Shown: one piece after another, positions 10,714 to 24,657 of the stretch
How the letters are laid out: every line of letters begins with the position of its first letter
Numbering within the stretch: the first letter of the stretch is position 1
NCBI RefSeq assembly: GCF_009914755.1
Contig: NC_060928.1
Strand: one strand, 5' to 3'
DNA length: 64,000 nt
Source: the human T2T-CHM13v2.0 reference genome, Homo sapiens
Translations under genes and position numbers: made by a program
The notes under the pieces: generated by a model
What the model saw: only the letters and a program-made list of their open reading frames with translations
Databases searched by the model: none
What the model was told of the DNA's origin: nothing

Positions 10714-13700
10714 TTTCTGTTACAGAGCAATTTTAAAACACTCTTTTTGTGGAATCTGAAAGTGGATAATTGGATAGCTTTGTGGATTTCGTTGGAAACG
10801 GGATGACGTATAAAATCTAGAGAGAAGCATTCTCAGGAACTTCTTTCTGATGTTTGCATTCAAGTCACAGAATTGAACATTCCTTTTCATAGTGCAGGTT
10901 TGAAACACTCTTTCTGTAGTATCTGGAAGTGGACATTTCAAGCGCTTTCAGGCCTACGGGGAGAAAGGAAATATCTTCAAATAAAAACTAGACAGAAGGA
11001 TTCTCAGAAACTTATTTGTGATGTGTGTCCTAAACGAACACAGTTGAACCTTTGTTTAGATACAGCATTTTGGAAACACTCCTTTTGTAGGATCTGCAGG
11101 TGGATATTTGGATAGATTTTAAGATTTCGTTGGAAACGGGAGTTTCTTCATAGAAACTCAAGACAGATGCATTCTCAGAAACATCTCTGTGATGTTTGCA
11201 TTCCACTCATAGAGTTGAAAACTTCCTTTCATAGAGCAGGTTTGAAACACTCTTTTTGTAATATTTGGAAGTGGACATTTGCAGCGCTTTGAGGCCTATG
11301 GTGAAAAAGGAAATATCTTCTCATAAAAACCAGAAACAAGCATTCTCAGAAACTTCTTTTTGATGTGTGTACTCAAGTAACAGAGTTGAACCTTCCTTTT
11401 GACACAGCAGTTTTGAAACAATCTTTTTGTAGAATCTGCAAGTGGATATTTGGATAGCTTTGAGGATTTCGTTGGAAACGGGATATCTTCATATAAAATC
11501 TAGACAGAAGCATTCTCAGAAACTTCTTTGTGCTGTATGTCCTCAATTAACAGAGTTGAACCATTGCTTGGATACAGCATTTTGGAAACATTCCTTGAGT
11601 AGAATCTGCAAGTTGATATTTAGATAGATTTGAAGATTTCGTTGGAAAAGGGAATATCTCCATATAAAATCTAGAGGGAAGCATTCTCAGAAACTGCTTT
11701 GTGATGTTTCCATTCAAGTCACAGAGTTGAATATTCCCTTTTATAGAGCACGTTTGAAACACTCTTTCTGCACTATCTGGAAGTGGACATTTCGAGCGCT
11801 TTGAGGCCTATGGTGAAAAAGGAAATATCTTCCCATAAAAACTAGACAGAAGCATTCTCAGAAACTTGTTTGTGATGTGTGTATTCAACTAACAGAGTTG
11901 AACTTTTGTTTTTACAGAGCCGTTTTAAAACACTCTTTTTGTGGAATCAGAAAGTGGATATTCGGATGGCTCTGAGGATTTCGTTGGAAGCGGGATTACA
12001 TATAAAATCTAGAGAGAAGCATTCTCAGGAACTTCTTTGTGATGTTTGCATTGAAGTCACAGAATTGAACATTCACTTTGATAGAGCAGGTTTGAAACAC
12101 TCATTCTGTAGTATCTGGAAGTGGACATTTCAAGCGCTTTCAGGCCTATGGTGAGAAAGGAAATATCTTCGAATAAAAACTAGACAGAAGCATCCTCAGA
12201 AACTTATTTGTGATGTGTGTCCTCAACTAACAGAGTTGAAACTTTGTTTTGATACAGCATTTTGGAAACACTCTTTTTGTAGAATCTGCAGGTGGATATT
12301 TGGATAGCTTAGAGGGATTCGTTGGAAAGGGGATATCTTCATATAAAATCTAGACAGAAGCATTCTCAGAAACTTATTTGTGATGTGTGTCCTCAACTAA
12401 CAGAGTTGAACCTTGGTTTTGATACAGCATTTTGGAAACACTCCTTTTGTAGAATCTGCAGGTGGATATGTGGATAGCTCTGAAGATTTCGTTGGAAACG
12501 GGAATTTCTTCATATAAAATCAAACAGAAGCATTCTCAGAAACTTCTCAGTGATGTTTGCATTCAGCTCATGGAGTTGAACACTTCCTTTCATAGAGCCG
12601 GTTTGAAACACTCTTTCTGCACTACCTGGAAGAGGACATTTCGAGCGCTTTGAGTCCTATGGTGAAAAAGGAGATATCTTCTCATAAAAACCAGAAAGAA
12701 GCATTCTCAGAAACTTCTTTGTGTTGTGTGTACTCATGTAACAGTGTTGAACCATCCTTTTGACAGAGCAGTTTTGAAACACTCTTTTTGTAGAATCTGC
12801 AAGTGGATATTTGGATAGCTTTGAGGATTTCGTTGGAAACGGGATGACATATAATATCTAGAGAGAAGCATTCTCAGGAACTTCTTTGTGATGTTTGCAT
12901 TCAAGTCACAGAATTGAACATTCCCTTTCATAGAGCAGGTTTGAAACACTCTTTCTCTAGTATCTGGAAGTGGGCATTTCAAGCGCTTTCAGGCCTATGG
13001 AGAGAAAGGAAATACCTTCAAATAAAAACTAGACAGAAGCATTCTCAGAAACTTATTTGTGATGTGTGTCCTCAACTAACAGAGTTGAACCTTTGTTTTG
13101 ATACAGCATTTTGGAAACACTCCTTTTGTAGAATCTGCAGGTGGATATTTGGATAACTTTGAAGATTTCGTTGGAAACCGGAATATCTTCATATAAAATC
13201 AAGACAGAAGCATTCTCGGAAACATCTCTGTGATGTTTGCATTCAACTCAGTAGAGTTGAACACTTCCTTTCATAGAGCCGGTTTGAAACACTCTTTCTG
13301 CACTACCTGGAAGCGGACATTTCGAGCGCTTTGAGGCCTATGGTGAAAAAGGAAATATCTTCTCATAAAAACCAGAAAGAAGCATTCTCAGAAACTTCTT
13401 TGTGTTGTGTGTACTCAAGTAACAGTGTTGAACCTTCCTTTTGACACAGCAGTTTTGAAACACTCTTTTGGTAGAATCTGCAAGTGGATATTTGGATAGC
13501 TTTGAGGATTTCGTTGGAAACGGGTTATCTTCATATAAAATCCAGACAGGAGCAATCTCAGAAACTTCTTTGTGCTGCATGTCCTCAATTCACAGAGCTG
13601 AACCTTTGTTTGGATACAGCATTTTGGAAACATTCCTTTAGTAGAATCTGCAAGTTGATATTTAGATAGCTTTGAAGATTTCGTTGGAAACGGGAATATC

Positions 13701-13944
13701 TTCATAGAAAATCTAGACGGAAGCATTCTCAGAAACTGCTTTGTGAGTTTGCATTCAAGTCACAGAGTTGAATATTCCCTTTTATAGAGTAGGTTTGAAA
13801 CACTCTTTCGGCACTACCTGGAAGTGGATATTTCGAGCTCTTTGAGGCCTATGGTTAAAAGGAAATATCTTCCCATAAAAACTAGACAGAAGCCGTCTCA
13901 GAAACTTGTTTGTGATGTGTGTATTCAACTAACAGAGTTGAACA
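10714..13944 (+). repeat. HOR unit 4: 19-mer with 1-bp deletion (3231 bp)
   Basis: Anchor ORF 10720 to 13951. The sequence ttgtgagtttgc at 13741 lacks the T of ttgtgatgtttgc. Confidence 0.93.
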
Positions 13945-16900
13945 TTTCTGTTACAGAGCAATTTTAAAACACTCTTTTTGTGGAATCTGAAAGTGGATAA
14001 TTGGATAGCTTTGTGGATTTCGTTGGAAACGGGATGACGTATAAAATCTAGAGAGAAGCATTCTCAGGAACTTCTTTCTGATGTTTGCATTCAAGTCACA
14101 GAATTGAACATTCCTTTTCATAGTGCAGGTTTGAAACACTCTTTCTGTAGTATCTGGAAGTGGACATTTCAAGCGCTTTCAGGCCTACGGGGAGAAACGA
14201 AATATCTTCAAATAAAAACTAGACAGAAGGATTCTCAGAAACTTATTTGTGATGTGTGTCCTAAACGAACACAGTTGAACCTTTGTTTAGATACAGCATT
14301 TTGGAAACACTCCTTTTGTAGGATCTGCAGGTGGATATTTGGATAGATTTTAAGATTTCGTTGGAAACGGGAGTTTCTTCATAGAAACTCAAGACAGATG
14401 CATTCTCAGAAACATCTCTGTGATGTTTGCATTCCACTCATAGAGTTGAAAACTTCCTTTCATAGAGCAGGTTTGAAACACTCTTTTTGTAATATTTGGA
14501 AGTGGACATTTGCAGCGCTTTGAGGCCTATGGTGAAAAAGGAAATATCTTCTCATAAAAACCAGAAACAAGCATTCTCAGAAACTTCTTTTTGATGTGTG
14601 TACTCAAGTAACAGAGTTGAACCTTCCTTTTGACACAGCAGTTTTGAAACAATCTTTTTGTAGAATCTGCAAGTGGATATTTGGATAGCTTTGAGGATTT
14701 CGTTGGAAACGGGATATCTTCATATAAAATCTAGACAGAAGCTTTCTCAGAAACTTCTTTGTGCTGTATGTCCTCAATTAACAGATTTGAACCATTGCTT
14801 GGATACAGCATTTTGGAAACATTCCTTGAGTAGAATCTGCAAGTTGATATTTAGGTAGATTTGAAGATTTCGTTGGAAAAGGGAATATCTCTATATAAAA
14901 TCTAGAGGGAAGCATTCTCAGAAACTGCTTTGTGATGTTTCCATTCAAGTCACAGAGTTGAATATTCCCTTTTATAGAGCACGTTTGAAACACTCTTTCT
15001 GCACTATCTGGAAGTGGACATTTCGAGCGCTTTGAGGCCTATGGTGAAAAAGGAAATATCTTCCCATAAAAACTAGACAGAAGCATTCTCAGAAACTTGT
15101 TTGTGATGTGTGTATTCAACTAACAGAGTTGAACTTTTGTTTTTACAGAGCCGTTTTAAAACACTCTTTTTGTGGAATCAGAAAGTGGATATTCGGATGG
15201 CTCTGAGGATTTCGTTGGAAGCGGGATTACATATAAAATCTAGAGAGAAGCATTCTCAGGAACTTCTTTGTGATGTTTGCATTGAAGTCACAGAATTGAA
15301 CATTCACTTTGATAGAGCAGGTTTGAAACACTCATTCTGTAGTATCTGGAAGTGGACATTTCAAGCGCTTTCAGGCCTATGGTGAGAAAGGAAATATCTT
15401 CGAATAAAAACTAGACAGAAGCATCCTCAGAAACTTATTTGTGATGTGTGTCCTCAACTAACAGAGTTGAAACTTTGTTTTGATACAGCATTTTGGAAAC
15501 ACTCTTTTTGTAGAATCTGCAGGTGGATATTTGGATAGCTTAGAGGGATTCGTTGGAAAGGGGATATCTTCATATAAAATCTAGACAGAAGCATTCTCAG
15601 AAACTTATTTGTGATGTGTGTCCTCAACTAACAGAGTTGAACCTTGGTTTTGATACAGCATTTTGGAAACACTCCTTTTGTAGAATCTGCAGGTGGATAT
15701 GTGGATAGCTCTGAAGATTTCGTTGGAAACGGGAATTTCTTCATATAAAATCAAACAGAAGCATTCTCAGAAACTTCTCAGTGATGTTTGCATTCAGCTC
15801 ATGGAGTTGAACACTTCCTTTCATAGAGCCGGTTTGAAACACTCTTTCTGCACTACCTGGAAGAGGACATTTCGAGCGCTTTGAGTCCTATGGTGAAAAA
15901 GGAAATATCTTCTCATAAAAACCAGAAAGAAGCATTCTCAGAAACTTCTTTGTGTTGTGTGTACTCATGTAACAGTGTTGAACCATCCTTTTGACAGAGC
16001 AGTTTTGAAACACTCTTTTTGTAGAATCTGCAAGTGGATATTTGGATAGCTTTGAGGATTTCGTTGGAAACGGGATGACATATAATATCTAGAGAGAAGC
16101 ATACTCAGGAACTTCTTTGTGATGTTTGCATTCAAGTCACAGAATTGAACATTCCCTTTCATAGAGCAGGTTTGAAACACTCTTTCTCTAGTATCTGGAA
16201 GTGGGCATTTCAAGCACTTTCAGGCCTATGGAGAGAAAGGAAATACCTTCAAATAAAAACTAGACAGAAGCATTCTCAGAAACTTATTTGTGATGTGTGT
16301 CCTCAACTAACAGAGTTGAACCTTTGTTTTGATACAGCATTTTGGAAACACTCCTTTTGTAGAATCTGCAGGTGGATATTTGGATAACTTTGAAGATTTC
16401 GTTGGAAACCGGAATATCTTCATATAAAATCAAGACAGAAGCATTCTCGGAAACATCTCTGTGATGTTTGCATTCAACTCAGTAGAGTTGAACACTTCCT
16501 TTCATAGAGCAGGTTTGAAACACTCTTTCTGCACTACCTGGAAGCGGACATTTCGAGCGCTTTGAGGCCTATGGTGAAAAAGGAAATATCTTCTCATAAA
16601 AACCAGAAAGAAGCATTCTCAGAAACTTCTTTGTGTTGTGTGTACTCAAGTAACAGTGTTGAACCTTCCTTTTGACACAGCAGTTTTGAAACACTCTTTT
16701 GGTAGAATCTGCAAGTGGATATTTGGATAGGTTTGAGGATTTCGTTGGAAACGGGTTATCTTCATATAAAATCCAGACAGGAGCATTCTCAGAAACTTCT
16801 TTGTGCTGCATGTCCTCAATTCACAGAGCTGAACCTTTGTTTGGATACAGCATTTTGGAAACATTCCTTTAGTAGAATCTGCAAGTTGATATTTAGATAG

Positions 16901-17176
16901 CTTTGAAGATTTCGTTGGAAACGGGAATATCTTCATAGAAAATCTAGACGGAAGCATTCTCAGAAACTGCTTTGTGATGTTTGCATTCAAGTCACAGAGT
17001 TGAATATTCCCTTTTATAGAGTAGGTTTGAAACACTCTTTCGGCACTACCTGGAAGTGGATATTTCGAGCTCTTTGAGGCCTATGGTTAAAAGGAAATAT
17101 CTTCCCATAAAAACTAGACAGAAGCCGTCTCAGAAACTTGTTTGTGATGTGTGTATTCAACTACCAGAGTTGAACA
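13945..17176 (+). repeat. HOR unit 5: 19-mer (3232 bp)
   Basis: Anchor ORF 13951 to 17183. Confidence 0.95.
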
Positions 17177-20100
17177 TTTCTGTTACAGAGCAATTTTAAA
17201 ACACTCTTTTTGTGGAATCTGAAAGTGGATAATTGGATAGCTTTGTGGATTTCGTTGGAAACGGGATGACGTATAAAATCTAGAGAGAAGCATTCTCAGG
17301 AACTTCTTTCTGATGTTTGCATTCAAGTCACAGAATTGAACATTCCTTTTCATAGTGCAGGTTTGAAACACTCTTTCTGTAGTATCTGGAAGTGGACATT
17401 TCAAGCGCTTTCAGGCCTACGGGGAGAAAGGAAATATCTTCAAATAAAAACTAGACAGAAGGATTCTCAGAAACTTATTTGTGATGTGTGTCCTAAACGA
17501 ACACAGTTGAACCTTTGTTTTGATACAGCATTTTGGAAACACTCCTTTTGTAGGATCTGCAGGTGGATATTTGGATAGATTTTAAGATTTCGTTGGAAAC
17601 GGGAATTTCTGCATATAAACTCAAGACAGATGCATTCTCAGAAACATCTCTGTGATGTTTGCATTCCACTCATAGAGTTGAAAACTTCCTTTCATAGAGC
17701 AGGTTTGAAACACTCTTTTTGTAATATTTGGAAGTGGACATTTGCAGCGCTTTGAGGCCTATGGTGAAAAAGGAAATATCTTCTCATAAAAACCAGAAAC
17801 AAGCATTCTCAGAAACTTCTTTTTGATGTGTGTACTCAAGTAACAGAGTTGAACCTTCCTTTTGACACAGCAGTTTTGAAACAATCTTTTTGTAGAATCT
17901 GCAAGTGGATATTTGGATAGCTTTGAGGATTTCGTTGGAAACGGGATATCTTCATATAAAATCTAGACAGAAGCATTCTCAGAAACTTCTTTGTGCTGTA
18001 TGTCCTCAATTAACAGAGTTGAACCATTGCTTGGATACAGCATTTTGGAAACATTCCTTGAGTAGAATCTGCAAGTTGATATTTAGATAGATTTGAAGAT
18101 TTCGTTGGAAAAGGGAATATCTCCATATAAAATCTAGAGGGAAGCATTCTCAGAAACTGCTTTGTGATGTTTCCATTCAAGTCACAGTGTTGAATATTCC
18201 CTTTTATAGAGCACGTTTGAAACACTCTTTCTGCACTATCTGGAAGTGGACATTTCGAGCGCTTTGAGGCCTATGGTGAAAAAGGAAATATCTTCCCATA
18301 AAAACTAGACAGAAGCATTCTCAGAAACTTGTTTGTGATGTGTGTATTCAACTAACAGAGTTGAACTTTTGTTTTTACAGAGCCGTTTTAAAACACTCTT
18401 TTTGTGGAATCAGAAAGTGGATATTCGGATGGCTCTGAGGATTTCGTTGGAAGCGGGATTACATATAAAATCTAGAGAGAAGCATTCTCAGGAACTTCTT
18501 TGTGATGTTTGCATTGAAGTCACAGAATTGAACATTCACTTTGATAGAGCAGGTTTGAAACACTCATTCTGTAGTATCTGGAAGTGGACATTTCAAGCGC
18601 TTTCAGGCCTATGGTGAGAAAGGAAATATCTTCGAATAAAAACTAGACAGAAGCATCCTCAGAAACTTATTTGTGATGTGTGTCCTCAACTAACAGAGTT
18701 GAAACTTTGTTTTGATACAGCATTTTGGAAACACTCTTTTTGTAGAATCTGCAGGTGGATATTTGGATAGCTTAGAGGGATTCATTGGAAAGGGGATATC
18801 TTCATATAAAATCTAGACAGAAGCATTCTCAGAAACTTATTTGTGATGTGTGTCCTCAACTAACAGAGTTGAACCTTGGTTTTGATACAGCATTTTGGAA
18901 ACACTCCTTTTGTAGAATCTGCAGGTGGATATGTGGATAGCTCTGAAGATTTCGTTGGAAACGGGAATTTCTTCATATAAAATCAAACAGAAGCATTCTC
19001 AGAAACTTCTCAGTGATGTTTGCATTCAGCTCATGGAGTTGAACACTTCCTTTCATAGAGCCGGTTTGAAACACTCTTTCTGCACTACCTGGAAGAGGAC
19101 ATTTCGAGCGCTTTGAGTCCTATGGTGAAAAAGGAAATATCTTCTCATAAAAACCAGAAAGAAGCATTCTCAGAAACTTCTTTGTGTTGTGTGTACTCAT
19201 GTAACAGTGTTGAACCATCCTTTTGACAGAGCAGTTTTGAAACACTCTTTTTGTAGAATCTGCAAGTGGATATTTGGATAGCTTTGAGGATTTCGTTGGA
19301 AACGGGATGACATATAATATCTAGAGAGAAGCATTCTCAGGAACTTCTTTGTGATGTTTGCATTCAAGTCACAGAATTGAACATTCCCTTTCATAGAGCA
19401 GGTTTGAAACACTCTTTCTCTAGTATCTGGAAGTGGGCATTTCAAGCGCTTTCAGGCCTATGGAGAGAAAGGAAATACCTTCAAATAAAAACTAGACAGA
19501 AGCATTCTCAGAAACTTATTTGTGATGTGTGTCCTCAACTAACAGAGTTGAACCTTTGTTTTGATACAGCATTTTGGAAACACTCCTTTTGTAGAATCTG
19601 CAGGTGGATATTTGGATAACTTTGAAGATTTCGTTGGAAACCGGAATATCTTCATATAAAATCAAGACAGAAGCATTCTCGGAAACATCTCTGTGATGTT
19701 TGCATTCAACTCAGTAGAGTTGAACACTTCCTTTCATAGAGCAGGTTTGAAACACTCTTTCTGCACTACCTGGAAGCGGACATTTCGAGCGCTTTGAGGC
19801 CTATGGTGAAAAAGGAAATATCTTCTCATAAAAACCAGAAAGAAGCATTCTCAGAAACTTCTTTGTGTTGTGTGTACTCAAGTAACAGTGTTGAACCTTC
19901 CTTTTGACACAGCAGTTTTGAAACACTCTTTTGGTAGAATCTGCAAGTGGATATTTGGATAGCTTTGAGGATTTCGTTGGAAACGGGTTATCTTCATATA
20001 AAATCCAGACAGGAGCATTCTCAGAAACTTCTTTGTGCTGCATGTCCTCAATTCACAGAGCTGAACCTTTGTTTGGATACAGCATTTTGGAAACATTCCT

Positions 20101-20408
20101 TTAGTAGAATCTGCAAGTTGATATTTAGATAGCTTTGAAGATTTCGTTGGAAACGGGAATATCTTCATAGAAAATCTAGACGGAAGCATTCTCAGAAACT
20201 GCTTTGTGATGTTTGCATTCAAGTCACAGAGTTGAATATTCCCTTTTATAGACTAGGTTTGAAACACTCTTTCGGCACTACCTGGAAGTGGATATTTCGA
20301 GCTCTTTGAGGCCTATGGTTAAAAGGAAATATCTTCCCATAAAAACTAGACAGAAGCCGTCTCAGAAACTTGTTTGTGATGTGTGTATTCAACTAACAGA
20401 GTTGAACA
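17177..20408 (+). repeat. HOR unit 6: 19-mer (3232 bp)
   Basis: Anchor ORF 17183 to 20415. Confidence 0.95.
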
Positions 20409-23400
20409 TTTCTGTTACAGAGCAATTTTAAAACACTCTTTTTGTGGAATCTGAAAGTGGATAATTGGATAGCTTTGTGGATTTCGTTGGAAACGGGATG
20501 ACGTATAAAATCTAGAGAGAAGCATTCTCAGGAACTTCTTTCTGATGTTTGCATTCAAGTCACAGAATTGAACATTCCTTTTCATAGTGCAGGTTTGAAA
20601 CACTCTTTCTGTAGTATCTGGAAGTGGACATTTCAAGCGCTTTCAGGCCTACGGGGAGAAAGGAAATATCTTCAAATAAAAACTAGACAGAAGGATTCTC
20701 AGAAACTTATTTGTGATGTGTGTCCTAAACGAACACAGTTGAACCTTTGTTTTGATACAGCATTTTGGAAACACTCCTTTTGTAGGATCTGCAGGTGGAT
20801 ATTTGGATAGATTTTAAGATTTCGTTGGAAACGGGAGTTTCTTCATAGAAACTCAAGACAGATGCATTCTCAGAAACATCTCTGTGATGTTTGCATTCCA
20901 CTCATAGAGTTGAAAACTTCCTTTCATAGAGCAGGTTTGAAACACTCTTTTTGTAATATTTGGAAGTGGACATTTGCAGCGCTTTGAGGCCTATGGTGAA
21001 AAAGGAAATATCTTCTCATAAAAACCAGAAACAAGCATTCTCAGAAACTTCTTTTTGATGTGTGTACTCAAATAACAGAGTTGAACCTTCCTTTTGACAC
21101 AGCAGTTTTGAAACAATCTTTTTGTAGAATCTGCAAGTGGATATTTGGATAGCTTTGAGGATTTCGTTGGAAACGGGATATCTTCATATAAAATCTAGAC
21201 AGAAGCATTCTCAGAAACTTCTTTGTGCTGTATGTCCTCAATTAACAGAGTTGAACCATTGCTTGGATACAGCATTTTGGAAACATTCCTTGAGTAGAAT
21301 CTGCAAGTTGATATTTAGATAGATTTGAAGATTTCGTTGGAAAAGGGAATATCTCCATATAAAATCTAGACGGAAGCATTCTCAGAAACTGCTTTGTGAT
21401 GTTTCCATTCAAGTCACAGAGTTGAATATTCCCTTTTATAGAGCACGTTTGAAACACTCTTTCTGCACTATCTGGAAGTGGAAATTTCGAGCGCTTTGAG
21501 GCCTATGGTGAAAAAGGAAATATCTTCCCATAAAAATTAGACAGAAGCATTCTCAGAAACTTGTTTGTGATGTGTGTATTCAACTAACAGAGTTGAACTT
21601 TTGTTTTTACAGAGTCGTTTTAAAACACTCTTTTTGTGGAATCAGAAAGTGGATATTCGGATGGCTCTGAGGATTTCGTTGGAAGCGGGATTACATATAA
21701 AATCTAGAGAGAAGCATTCTCAGGAACTTCTTTGTGATGTTTGCATTGAAGTCACAGAATTGAACATTCACTTTGATAGAGCAGGTTTGAAACACTCATT
21801 CTGTAGTATCTGGAAGTGGACATTTCAAGCGCTTTCAGGCCTATGGTGAAAAAGGAAATATCTTCGAATAAAAACTAGACAGAAGCATCCTCAGAAACTT
21901 ATTTGTGATGTGTGTCCTCAACTAACAGAGTTGAAACTTTGTTTCGATACAGCATTTTGGAAACACTCCTTTTGTAGAATCTGCAGGTGGATATGTGGAT
22001 AGCTCTGAAGATTTCGTTGGAAACGGGAATTTCTTCATATAAAATCAAACAGAAGCATTCTCAGAAACTTCTCAGTGATGTTTGCATTCAGCTCATGGAG
22101 TTGAACACTTCCTTTCATAGAGCCGGTTTGAAACACTCTTTCTGCACTACCTGGAAGAGGCCATTTCGAGCGCTTTGAGTCCTATGGTGAAAAAGGAAAT
22201 ATCTTCTCATAAAAACCAGAAAGAAGCATTCTCAGAAACTTCTTTGTGTTGTGTGTACTCATGTAACAGTGTTGAACCATCCTTTTGACAGAGCAGTTTT
22301 GAAACACTCTTTTTGTAGAATCTGCAAGTGGATATTTGGATAGCTTTGAGGATTTCGTTGGAAACGGGATGACATATAATATCTAGAGAGAAGCATTCTC
22401 AGGAACTTCTTTGTGCTGTTTGCATTCAAGTCACAGAATTGAACATTCCCTTTCATAGAGCAGATTTGAAACACTCTTTCTCTAGTATCTGGAAGTGGGC
22501 ATTTCAAGCGCTTTCAGGCCTATTGAGAGAAAGGAAATACCTTCAAATAAAAACTAGACAGAAGCATTCTCAGAAACTTGTTTGTGATGTGTGTATTCAA
22601 CTAACAGAGTTGAACTTTTGTTTTTACAGAGCCGTTTTAAAACACTCTTTTTGTGGAATCAGAAAGTGGATATTCGGATGGCTCTGAGGATTTCGTTGGA
22701 AGCGGGATTACATATAAAATCTAGAGAGAAGCATTCTCAGGAACTTCTTTGTGATGTTTGCATTGAAGTCACAGAATTGAACATTCACTTTGATAGAGCA
22801 GGTTTGAAACACTCATTCTGTAGTATCTGGAAGTGGACATTTCAAGCGCTTTCAGGCCTATGGTGAGAAAGGAAATATCTTCGAATAAAAACTAGACAGA
22901 AGCATCCTCAGAAACTTATTTGTGATGTGTGTCCTCAACTAACAGAGTTGAAACTTTGTTTTGATACAGCATTTTGGAAACACTCTTTTTGTAGAATCTG
23001 CAGGTGGATATTTGGATAGCTTAGAGGGATTCGTTGGAAAGGGGATATCTTCATATAAAATCTAGACAGAAGCATTCTCAGAAACTTATTTGTGATGTGT
23101 GTCCTCAACTAACAGAGTTGAACCTTGGTTTTGATACAGCATTTTGGAAACACTCCTTTTGTAGAATCTGCAGGTGGATATGTGGATAGCTCTGAAGATT
23201 TCGTTGGAAACGGGAATTTCTTCATATAAAATCAAACAGAAGCATTCTCAGAAACTTCTCAGTGATGTTTGCATTCAGCTCATGGAGTTGAACACTTCCT
23301 TTCATAGAGCCGGTTTGAAACACTCTTTCTGCACTACCTGGAAGAGGACATTTCGAGCGCTTTGAGTCCTATGGTGAAAAAGGAAATATCTTCTCATAAA

Positions 23401-24657
23401 AACCAGAAAGAAGCATTCTCAGAAACTTCTTTGTGTTGTGTGTACTCATGTAACAGTGTTGAACCATCCTTTTGACAGAGCAGTTTTGAAACACTCTTTT
23501 TGTAGAATCTGCAAGTGGATATTTGGATAGCTTTGAGGATTTCGTTGGAAACGGGATGACATATAATATCTAGAGAGAAGCATACTCAGGAACTTCTTTG
23601 TGATGTTTGCATTCAAGTCACAGAATTGAACATTCCCTTTCATAGAGCAGGTTTGAAACACTCTTTCTCTAGTATCTGGAAGTGGGCATTTCAAGCGCTT
23701 TCAGGCCTATGGAGAGAAAGGAAATACCTTCAAATAAAAACTAGACAGAAGCATTCTCAGAAACTTATTTGTGATGTGTGTCCTCAACTAACAGAGTTGA
23801 ACCTTTGTTTTGATACAGCATTTTGGAAACACTCCTTTTGTAGAATCTGCAGGTGGATATTTGGATAACTTTGAAGATTTTGTTGGAAACCGGAATATCT
23901 TCATATAAAATCAAGACAGAAGCATTCTCGGAAACATCTCTGTGATGTTTGCATTCAACTCAGTAGAGTTGAACACTTCCTTTCATAGAGCAGGTTTGAA
24001 ACACTCTTTCTGCACTACCTGGAAGCGGACATTTCGAGCGCTTTGAGGCCTATGGTGAAAAAGGAAATATCTTCTCATAAAAACCAGAAAGAAGCATTCT
24101 CAGAAACTTCTTTGTGTTGTGTGTACTCAAGTAACAGTGTTGAACCTTCCTTTTGACACAGCAGTTTTGAAACACTCTTTTGGTAGAATCTGCAAGTGGA
24201 TATTTGGATAGGTTTGAGGATTTCGTTGGAAACGCGTTATCTTCATATAAAATCCAGACAGGAGCATTCTCAGAAACTTCTTTGTGCTGCATGTCCTCAA
24301 TTCACAGAGCTGAACCTTTGTTTGGATACAGCATTTTGGAAACATTCCTTTAGTAGAATCTGCAAGTTGATATTTAGATAGCTTTGAAGATTTCGTTGGA
24401 AACGGGAATATCTTCATAGAAAATCTAGACGGAAGCATTCTCAGAAACTGCTTTGTGATGTTTGCATTCAAGTCACAGAGTTGAATATTCCCTTTTATAG
24501 AGTAGGTTTGAAACACTCTTTCGGCACTACCTGGAAGTGGATATTTCGAGCTCTTTGAGGCCTATGGTTAAAAGGAAATATCTTCCCATAAAAACTAGAC
24601 AGAAGCCGTCTCAGAAACTTGTTTGTGATGTGTGTATTCAACTACCAGAGTTGAACA
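20409..24657 (+). repeat. HOR unit 7: 25-mer (4249 bp)
   Basis: Anchor ORF 20415 to 24664. Extra block ~21548-22564. Confidence 0.93.
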
